Assembly (NCBI GenBank): GCA_051870915.1
Contig: JBJECI010000024.1
Coordinates: forward strand, 1,423-65,422
Direction: 5' to 3'
Length of the DNA: 64,000 nucleotides
Origin: Paludibacteraceae bacterium
GTDB taxonomy: Bacteria > Bacteroidota > Bacteroidia > Bacteroidales > Paludibacteraceae
Shown one piece after another: positions 8,631-16,075 of the stretch (position 1 is its first letter; the number at the start of each line of letters is the position of its first letter). The notes under the pieces were generated by a model. It searched no databases. It was not told where the DNA came from and saw only the letters and a program-made list of their open reading frames with translations. Made by a program: the position numbers and the translations under genes.

Positions 8631-9911
8631 TTAGTCTTTCTTGAAGAACTGGGTGTAGCCGGAGAGGTAGCGGTGGACGGCGGAGGAGAGGGGTCCGTAG
8701 TACTCGCCGCCGCTAGCGTTGGCGTGTCCGCCGCCGTTGAAGAGTTCGGCGGCAAGGATATTCACCGGTCGGTCGCCCTGCGAGCGCAACGAAATCTTCA
8801 CCTTGGTCTTGCAACCGCCGTGCGCCGCCTGCTCCTCGGGCGTTGCCTTGTCCTCACGCATGAAGCAGGAATAGTAGATGTCCTTGCTCTGCAGCGGCAT
8901 GTTCACGATTCCCTCGGCATCGCCCGATTGGAAGTTGTACTTGTATAACTCCTTGCGGCTCAAGTAGATAAGCGCCATGTGGTATTCGGGGAAGACACGC
9001 AACTTCTGGTTCAAGCAGTAGCCCACCAGCCGCATACGGTCCACGGAGTACTGGTTGAAGACATTGTTGTAAATCGCGTCCTTATCCACTCCCCATTCTA
9101 TCAGCCTTGCCACAATCCGATAGAGTTCGGGGTTGCGGGAGTTGTAGGAGAAATTGCCCGTATCGGTCATCAGGCCGGTGTAGATGCAGGTGGGGATAGA
9201 GGACTCACCCCAACCCTCCCTAAAATCACCCCGCTGCGCGTCGCTTGCGGGGGCCCCGAAAAGGGAGGGAGTTTGTTCCGCAGGCGAGACGTACCCGACC
9301 TGTCGGGATGTGCCACCTGCGCCCCCAGTATCCTCCGCTGTGATGAGTTCGTAAACCAACTGGCAGGTGGCAGGCGCTTCGGGGACGGACACCACCACGT
9401 CCGCGAAATCGGACGGGTGCAGGTGGTGGTCAATCAAGATGATTTTAGATTTACGATTTACGGAATTACGATTTACGATTGTTTCCGCGGGCGAGGAAGT
9501 CTCTGTGGTGCGGCCTTGAGACCGCACCTCCTTGAATGCGTCTTCTGCCCGCGACATAGTCGGGATGCCCGCGGCTTTGAGCAGCGCCGGAGCCAGTGCG
9601 CCTACGCGCTTCGGCTCGTTGAAGTCGGTGCAGATAATCAAGTCCGCTTCCGCCACGCGCCTCTCCGCCTCCTCGCGCTGCCGCTCGTGCACCAAGCACT
9701 TGTCCGCCTCGGGCAACCACATCAAGAAATCGGGTGCCGCCGTGGGCAAGACGACCGTCAGCGACTGCAAGTCGGGACGGCGGCAACGCAGCCAGTGGTA
9801 CATCGCCAGCGCACTGCCCATCGCGTCCCCGTCGGGCGACATGTGGGTGGTTATCACCACATTGGTTGCCTCGCTGACCAAACGGTATATTTCTTCAAAC
9901 TCAGTTCGCAT
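8631..9911 (-). CDS. nrnA: DHH/DHHA1 family phosphoesterase (NrnA-like oligoribonuclease / pAp phosphatase) with two repeat insertions
   Basis: The ORF extends to 10136, but homology-like sequence starts at the ATG at 9911 (MRTEFEEIYRLVSEATNVVITTHMSPDGDAMGSALAMYHW, a DHH motif region). Other motifs are IILIDHH, and GGGHANASGG for DHHA1. Insertions lie at ~9196-9335 and ~9444-9555. Confidence 0.8.
   Translation of the reverse strand: MRTEFEEIYRLVSEATNVVITTHMSPDGDAMGSALAMYHWLRCRRPDLQSLTVVLPTAAPDFLMWLPEADKCLVHERQREEAERRVAEADLIICTDFNEPKRVGALAPALLKAAGIPTMSRAEDAFKEVRSQGRTTETSSPAETIVNRNSVNRKSKIILIDHHLHPSDFADVVVSVPEAPATCQLVYELITAEDTGGAGGTSRQVGYVSPAEQTPSLFGAPASDAQRGDFREGWGESSIPTCIYTGLMTDTGNFSYNSRNPELYRIVARLIEWGVDKDAIYNNVFNQYSVDRMRLVGYCLNQKLRVFPEYHMALIYLSRKELYKYNFQSGDAEGIVNMPLQSKDIYYSCFMREDKATPEEQAAHGGCKTKVKISLRSQGDRPVNILAAELFNGGGHANASGGEYYGPLSSAVHRYLSGYTQFFKKD
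9201..9274. repeat. GG element inside nrnA, read on the opposite strand to the coaE copy
   Basis: GGACTCACCCCAACCCTCCCTAAAATCACCCCGCTGCGCGTCGCTTGCGGGGGCCCCGAAAAGGGAGGGAGTTT is ~85 percent identical by eye to 62744-62816 in the same plus-strand orientation. Confidence 0.85.
9444..9531. repeat. TTTACGAT word repeats plus a reverse-oriented HP-A inside nrnA
   Basis: TTTAGATTTACGATTTACGGAATTACGATTTACGATT at 9444-9480. GGTGCGGCCTTGAGACCGCACCTCC at 9507-9531. Translated on the minus strand as KEVRSQGRTTE...VNRNSVNRKSK. Confidence 0.9.
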
Positions 9912-9914
9912 AAA

Positions 9915-10095
9915 ATAAACTTCGTGTATGGAACTCCGCTTCGCTCCGTGTAAGAAACTTCGTGTAAGGAACTTCGTGTAGAAACTTCGCTTCGCACTGT
10001 GTACAGCGCGAAGCGCTTTCTTACAGCCCCGTAGGGGCATTCTACATTTACTTTCTTTACAGCCTCGAAGAGGCTTTCTTACACGCAGTTCCTTG
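9915..10095. repeat. Word repeats (CTTCGTGTA / TTTCTTACA) filling the nrnA leader
   Basis: CTTCGTGTATGG, ACTTCGTGTAAGG, ACTTCGTGTAGAA, GCTTTCTTACAG (twice) and GCTTTCTTACAC. Palindrome GCGCGAAGCGC. Confidence 0.8.
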
Positions 10096-10105
10096 AAAAT
10101 CTTTG

Positions 10106-10137
10106 CAAAAGTACATTTTTTTTTTGATATATGCAAA
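10106..10137 (-). promoter_or_regulatory. Promoter for nrnA
   Basis: On the minus strand, TTTG (plus 10134-10137) and TACTTTTG (plus 10106-10113), spacing 20 nt. Implies a leader of ~185 nt. Confidence 0.6.
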
Positions 10138-10153
10138 AAAATACGTATCTTTG
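10123..10153 (+). promoter_or_regulatory. Promoter for pyrH (divergent from and overlapping the nrnA promoter)
   Basis: TTTG at 10123-10126 and TATCTTTG at 10146-10153, spacing 19 nt. ATG at 10175. Confidence 0.65.
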
Positions 10154-10174
10154 CGCAAAAATTGCAATAGAACT

Positions 10175-10879
10175 ATGTACAAACGCATCTTACTGAAACT
10201 ATCGGGCGAGAGCCTTATGGGCGCGAAGGGCTATGGCATTGACGAGCAACGCCTTGCCGCCTACGCCCGCCAAATCAAAGAGATAGCCGACCTCGGTGTG
10301 CAGATAGGTATCGTCATCGGCGGCGGCAACATCTTCCGCGGGTTGAGCGGCAGTCAGAAAGGGTTCGACCGCGTGAAAGGCGACCAGATGGGTATGCTCG
10401 CCACGGTCATCAACTCGCTCGCCTTGCAGTCGGCGCTGGAAGCCATCGGGCAGAAAGTGCGTGTGCTGACCTCCGTGCGCATGGAGCCTATCGGCGACTT
10501 CTACAACAAAGCCAAAGCGCTGCGCTTGTTTGAGAAAGGCAACGTGGTGATTGTCGCCGGCGGCACCTCCAACCCCTATTTCACCACCGACACGGCGTCG
10601 GCGCTGCGTGCCATCGAGTTGGAAGCCGACATCATGTTCAAAGGTACGCGCGTGGACGGGATATATACCGCCGACCCGGAGAAAGACCCCAATGCACAGA
10701 AGTTCAGCGAGATAACCTACCAAGACATCCTCTCCAAGGGGCTGCGTATCATGGACTTGACCGCCATCACGATGTGCATGGAGAACAAAATGCCCATCTA
10801 CGTCTTCGACATGGACACCGAAGGCAACCTGCTCAAAGTGATACAGGGCGAGGAGATTGGGACGCTGGTTACTCCGTGA
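10175..10879 (+). CDS. pyrH: UMP kinase
   Basis: The ATG at 10175 gives MYKRILLKLSGESLMG. Motifs GIVIGGGNIFRG and VVIVAGGTSNPYFTTDTASALRA. Confidence 0.95.
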   Translation: MYKRILLKLSGESLMGAKGYGIDEQRLAAYARQIKEIADLGVQIGIVIGGGNIFRGLSGSQKGFDRVKGDQMGMLATVINSLALQSALEAIGQKVRVLTSVRMEPIGDFYNKAKALRLFEKGNVVIVAGGTSNPYFTTDTASALRAIELEADIMFKGTRVDGIYTADPEKDPNAQKFSEITYQDILSKGLRIMDLTAITMCMENKMPIYVFDMDTEGNLLKVIQGEEIGTLVTP

Positions 10880-11015
10880 TAATTATGAATTAAGAATTAA
10901 GAATTATGAGTGCCTATGCTCTGAAAAACAAGCAGACAACGACCTCATAATTCATAATTCATAATTCATAATTAACAACGCCCTCATAATTCATAACTCA
11001 TAATTCATAATTAAC
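10879..11015. repeat. W repeat: inverted AATTATG / CATAATT heptamer arrays filling the pyrH-frr gap
   Basis: Left arm ATAATTATGAATTAAGAATTAAGAATTATGAG. Right arms CTCATAATTCATAATTCATAATTCATAATT, twice. Confidence 0.9.
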
Positions 11016-11016
11016 A

Positions 11017-11577
11017 ATGATTGAAGTTAGCAAAATCCAAGCAGACGCGGAAGAGTTGATGCAGTCTGCTATCCTGTTCCTCGATGACGCGTTGGCACAT
11101 ATCCGTGCCGGCAAAGCCAGTGCCCGCATACTCGACCCCATCCGTGTGGACTACTACGGTGCACCGTCGCCGCTGGCGAATGTCTCCACCATCACCACGC
11201 CCGATGCACGCACCATCCAGATTCAGCCGTGGGAGAAGAAGATGCTCGGCGAGATAGAGCGCGCCATCATCAACTCCAACCTCGGCTTGGCCCCCAACAA
11301 CAACGGCGAGTGCATCCGTCTTATCCTCCCGCCGCTGACCGAGGAACGCCGTCAGCAACTGGCGAAGCAGTGTAAGGCAGAGGCGGAGAACGCGAAGGTG
11401 TCGGTGCGCAACGCCCGCCGCGACGCTATCGAGACCCTCAAGAAGCAAGTGAAAGAAGGTCTGCCCGAGGACGCACAGAAAGACGCAGAGGAGAAAGTGC
11501 AGAAACTGCACGATAAGTACATCAAGCAGATTGACGACCTCTACGCCAAGAAAGAGAAAGAGATAATGACGGTGTGA
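11017..11577 (+). CDS. frr: Ribosome recycling factor
   Basis: 186-aa ORF with typical Frr sequence (ILDPIRVDYYGAPSPLANVSTITTPDARTIQIQPWEK..LPPLTEERRQQLAK). pyrH-frr synteny. Confidence 0.95.
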   Translation: MIEVSKIQADAEELMQSAILFLDDALAHIRAGKASARILDPIRVDYYGAPSPLANVSTITTPDARTIQIQPWEKKMLGEIERAIINSNLGLAPNNNGECIRLILPPLTEERRQQLAKQCKAEAENAKVSVRNARRDAIETLKKQVKEGLPEDAQKDAEEKVQKLHDKYIKQIDDLYAKKEKEIMTV

Positions 11578-11728
11578 TTAGGACAAAGGATGAAGGACAC
11601 AGGATGAAAGACTTATTACATTCGTCTCTGAGGTTTCAAAGTCGGAACTATTTAGTCCTTCATCCTGTGTCCTTTATCCTTCATCAAAAGTAATAAGTCT
11701 TTCATCCTGTGTCCTTTATCCTTCATCC
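11578..11728. repeat. Full-length MB element plus an extra right arm (frr-rsgA gap); my reference copy
   Basis: Left arm GGATGAAGGACACAGGATGAAAGACTTATTAC at 11588-11619. Core ATTCGTCTCTGAGGTTTCAAAGTCGGAACTATTTA. Right arm GTCCTTCATCCTGTGTCCTTTATCCTTCATC to 11685. Second right arm at 11690-11728. Confidence 0.92.
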
Positions 11729-11731
11729 ACT

Positions 11732-12655
11732 ATGGGTCTTGTCATCAAATCCACAGGTAGCAGTTACCTTGTTTATTTCCCGAACGGAGATACCCTTGAT
11801 TGCCATATCAAGGGTAATTTCCGTATCAAGGGTATCCGCTCGACCAACCCCGTTGCCGTGGGCGACCATGTGGAGGTGCAGACCCTTGCCGACGGCACCA
11901 ACTGGATTACAGCCGTCTGCGAGCGCAAGAACTACATCATCCGCCGCTCCACCAACCTCAGCAAAGAGTCGCATATCATCGCCGCCAACCTCGACCAAGT
12001 GGCGCTCCTCGTTACCGTCAACCACCCCGTTACCTCTACCACCTTCATCGACCGCTTCCTTGCTACTTGCGAGGCGTACCGCGTGCCTGCCACGCTCATC
12101 TTCAACAAGATAGACCTCCTCACTCCCGAAGAAGAGCAGGCACTGCAAGACCTGCGCGCGCTCTACGAATCGCTCGGCTACCCCACCCACGCCATCTCGG
12201 CACTCAGCATGTCGGACTTATCGGCAGTTTCCGCTATCTTCACCGACAAAATCACCCTGCTGAGCGGCAATTCGGGCGTGGGCAAGAGCACACTGCTCAA
12301 TGCTATCTTCGGCAAGCCGCTGGCACGCACGGGCGCTATCTCCAACGCCCACAACAAAGGCACTCACACCACCACGTTCTCCGAGATGTACCCCCTGCCC
12401 GACCACAAGGGCTGGATTATCGACACCCCGGGCATCAAGGGCTTCGGCACCATCGACATGCAGAAAGAGGAAGTGGGGCACTACTTCCGCGAAATCTTCC
12501 GCATCGCCCGAGACTGCCGCTACAGCGACTGCACCCACACGGGTGAGCCCGGTTGCGCCGTCTATGAAGCCGCCCTCGACGGGCGTATCGCCCCCAGCCG
12601 CTACGAGTCGTACCTCTCCATGCTCGGCGACTGCACCGAGAGCAAGTATCGGTAG
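11732..12655 (+). CDS. rsgA: Ribosome small-subunit-dependent GTPase A
   Basis: 307-aa ORF. OB-fold N-terminus, circularly permuted GTPase motifs ([21 protein letters not shown]), C-terminal zinc knuckle [16 protein letters not shown]. Confidence 0.92.
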   Translation: MGLVIKSTGSSYLVYFPNGDTLDCHIKGNFRIKGIRSTNPVAVGDHVEVQTLADGTNWITAVCERKNYIIRRSTNLSKESHIIAANLDQVALLVTVNHPVTSTTFIDRFLATCEAYRVPATLIFNKIDLLTPEEEQALQDLRALYESLGYPTHAISALSMSDLSAVSAIFTDKITLLSGNSGVGKSTLLNAIFGKPLARTGAISNAHNKGTHTTTFSEMYPLPDHKGWIIDTPGIKGFGTIDMQKEEVGHYFREIFRIARDCRYSDCTHTGEPGCAVYEAALDGRIAPSRYESYLSMLGDCTESKYR

Positions 12656-12741
12656 ACTAAGTGTTAAAAGTGTATAAAAATTACCCCCCCCCCCGTCTTT
12701 TGAACGAACGTTCGGCATAATTTTTGTACCTTTGCCATCGA

Positions 12742-12873
12742 ATTTAGCTTAACAATTGGATTTGGTTTTTATTGGTTAGCATTCTTGGAGCGGCTAAATG
12801 GTACTCTAAATCGTTTTCTGCTCCGCTGACTGAGAAGGTAAGGCATTGTCGGGAGACAATGCCTGCTTTTTTT
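12742..12873 (+). ncRNA. Candidate ~130-nt sRNA between rsgA and gap
   Basis: -7 box TACCTTTG at 12727-12734. Intrinsic terminator AGGCATTGTC-GGGA-GACAATGCCT plus T7 at 12841-12873. No ORF; internal pairing ATTTAGC/GCTAAAT. Confidence 0.35.
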
Positions 12874-12938
12874 GTACCCGTTATTTTGCAAAACAGAAAT
12901 AGCATAATGTAAAAAATAGCAGAGAAAATCGGTAAATG

Positions 12939-12970
12939 TTTGCAGGTTTCATAGTTTTTTTGTAATTTTG
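12939..12970 (+). promoter_or_regulatory. Promoter for gap
   Basis: TTTG at 12939-12942 and TAATTTTG at 12963-12970, spacing 20 nt. Leader ~155 nt. Confidence 0.65.
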
Positions 12971-13119
12971 CACTCGCTTTTGGGAATAAAACACGAATTG
13001 AGAGGATTTAGTAACATATAATTATCGTGTAATTATTCATTAATTATTTCTTAGTTCTCTCATCGGTTTACAACATAGACAAGAACTATCAAAGGAACTA
13101 TAATAAACAATTCTAATAA

Positions 13120-14142
<1,023 letters not shown>

Positions 14143-14170
14143 TCCTTCATTGATTAGTTGCACAATAAAA

Positions 14171-14205
14171 GAGGCTGCTTAACATCCGTTAGGCAGCCTC
14201 TTTTT
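14171..14205. terminator. Bidirectional intrinsic terminator between convergent gap and trxB
   Basis: AAAA-GAGGCTGCTTAAC-ATCC-GTTAGGCAGCCTC-TTTTT. A and T tracts on both sides. Confidence 0.8.
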
Positions 14206-14228
14206 GTATTATCTGAGAAGATTGGGAG

Positions 14229-15152
14229 TTATCTTGCTTTGAGGTATCGGTCGGCTTCGATGGCGGCCTTGCAGCCGGAGGCGGCAGCGACTACGGCTTG
14301 GCGGTAGTGGGGGTCGGCACAGTCGCCGGCAGCGAAGACACCCGCAATGTTCGTGCGGGGGCTGTCGCCCTGCACCTTGATATAACCCTCCTCATCGCGG
14401 TCGAGGTAGTCGGCAAAGAGGTCGGTGTTGGGTTTGTGTCCGATAGCGAGGAAGAAGCCGTCTATCTCAATATGGCGAATCTCCTCCTCGGGAGTGCCTT
14501 TCTTGTAGATGAGGTCTGCGCCTTTCACTTTGGGTTCACCCGTCAGGCAGAGGGTGTTGTGCTCGAAGAGGACTTCTATCTTGGGATTGGTGAGCACACG
14601 CTGCTGCATGATGTCCGATGCTCGGAGATAGGGTTTGCGGACAATCATATAGACTTTTTTGCAGAGCCCTGCGAGATAGGATGCCTCCTCGCAGGCGGTG
14701 TCTCCGCCGCCCACTACGGCAACGGTCTTGTTGCGATAGAAGAAGCCGTCGCAGGTGGCGCACGCCGACACGCCACGTCCTTTGTACTCCTCCTCGGAGG
14801 GGATACCAAGGAACTTGGCACTTGCACCCGTAGCGATGATGACCGTCTCGGTGTCCATCTCTTTACCATCTTCCAGCCATACCTTCTTGGGGGTGGTGCT
14901 GAAATCCACTTTGGTCACGACACCTTCGACAAACTGTGTGCCGAAGCGTTCTGCTTGGCGGCGGAGGTCGTCCATCATTTGGAAAGGTGCTACGCCCTCG
15001 GGATAACCCGGGAAATTCTCTACTTCGGTGGTGATCATCAACTGCCCGCCCAACTGGGGACCTTCGATGAGCACGGGGGACAAGTTAGCACGTGCGGCAT
15101 AGATAGCCGCTGTATATCCGGCAGGACCGGAACCAATAATTAAACAATCCAT
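14229..15152 (-). CDS. trxB: Thioredoxin-disulfide reductase
   Basis: 307-aa ORF. FAD motif IIGSGPAGYTAAIYAAR, redox-active CATCDG, NADPH motif VVGGGDTACEEA. Confidence 0.95.
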   Translation of the reverse strand: MDCLIIGSGPAGYTAAIYAARANLSPVLIEGPQLGGQLMITTEVENFPGYPEGVAPFQMMDDLRRQAERFGTQFVEGVVTKVDFSTTPKKVWLEDGKEMDTETVIIATGASAKFLGIPSEEEYKGRGVSACATCDGFFYRNKTVAVVGGGDTACEEASYLAGLCKKVYMIVRKPYLRASDIMQQRVLTNPKIEVLFEHNTLCLTGEPKVKGADLIYKKGTPEEEIRHIEIDGFFLAIGHKPNTDLFADYLDRDEEGYIKVQGDSPRTNIAGVFAAGDCADPHYRQAVVAAASGCKAAIEADRYLKAR

Positions 15153-15370
15153 CTTTGGTATTTACGATTTTTATTTTACAAAAACATCCTATAATTGGTA
15201 ACAAAAATGAACGAAAACTCCTTTCTTTCAACAAATATGGTCAAATATTATTCAAATATTATTACTTCGGAGTTATCGGAATAATCTGAGTATTCGGTGT
15301 ATTCTGATTATTGAGGGGGGGGGCTGTTTCGCTTATTCTTTTAGCCCCAACTCGTCGCGGGCGTACTCGG

Positions 15371-16036
15371 TTAGCGGAGGTCGTTGAGGAAGGCATCGGG
15401 TTTGGTGAGAATGAAAGAGGGGAGGTCGGTGGTGTAAGTGGGGTTGGTGAGACGGAGTGTTGTTTGCTGCTTGCCTTCTTTGATAGTGATTTGTTGGGGC
15501 AGCCAGAGAGACATACCTTGCTGTTTCTCTTGGCAAAGTGCAAGCGTGAAACGCTGGATACCTGCGGTTTGGTCGTTAGGGGTTAGGGTGATGGTGATGT
15601 TTGTGGGGGTATTCGCCCCGCCCCCTTGCTTTCTCCCCGCAGGCGGGACGCCTGCGTCCCCCGTGGATGGTTGCTCGGTGATGGTGCAGACTTTGGATAG
15701 GGCTTGGGCGTAGAGGAAGGGGTTGGCTTCCATGAGTTCTTGCTCGGTAGGCGTAGAGAGGGTTAGTTCATCGGTGGTGGCACTATATACATAGAGCGTC
15801 TTGCCATCGTATGCCGCCTCCATGTCGAACATCTCCAGCGTGAAGCGGTCGCCGCGCATAGTGATAGTGCCCGGGTAATTCATCGGCTGCGAAGCACCCT
15901 CGCTGATGGTAATCACGAAATCGGAATGAAGGGTGTTTCCCGAGATGGTTTGCAGGAAAGTGTCGAGGGTGGTTGCTTTGGCAGTAGTAAGCAGACACGA
16001 GAGGCACAAGACAATATATAAAAATAGTTTTTTCAT
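15371..16036 (-). CDS. LolA-like outer-membrane lipoprotein carrier protein with an HP-C/G-rich insertion
   Basis: 221-aa ORF with signal peptide MKKLFLYIVLCLSCLLTTAKA. LolA-like body GTITMRGDRFTLEMFDMEAAYDGKTLYVY. Residues TGDAGVPPAGRKQGGGANTP are encoded by repeat DNA at 15605-15667. Confidence 0.72.
   Translation of the reverse strand: MKKLFLYIVLCLSCLLTTAKATTLDTFLQTISGNTLHSDFVITISEGASQPMNYPGTITMRGDRFTLEMFDMEAAYDGKTLYVYSATTDELTLSTPTEQELMEANPFLYAQALSKVCTITEQPSTGDAGVPPAGRKQGGGANTPTNITITLTPNDQTAGIQRFTLALCQEKQQGMSLWLPQQITIKEGKQQTTLRLTNPTYTTDLPSFILTKPDAFLNDLR
15605..15667. repeat. G-rich segment plus HP-C inside the LolA-like CDS
   Basis: GGGGGTATTCGCCCCGCCCCCTTGC...CGCAGGCGGGACGCCTGCGTCCCC. 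Confidence 0.85.
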
Positions 16037-16046
16037 ATTTTCTTTT

Positions 16047-16071
16047 GGGGCGGCATGGAGACCGCCCCTCC
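16047..16071. repeat. HP-A variant between the LolA-like start and the ftsK stop
   Basis: GGGGCGGCATGGAGACCGCCCCTCC. Confidence 0.75.
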
Positions 16072-16075
16072 TTGG

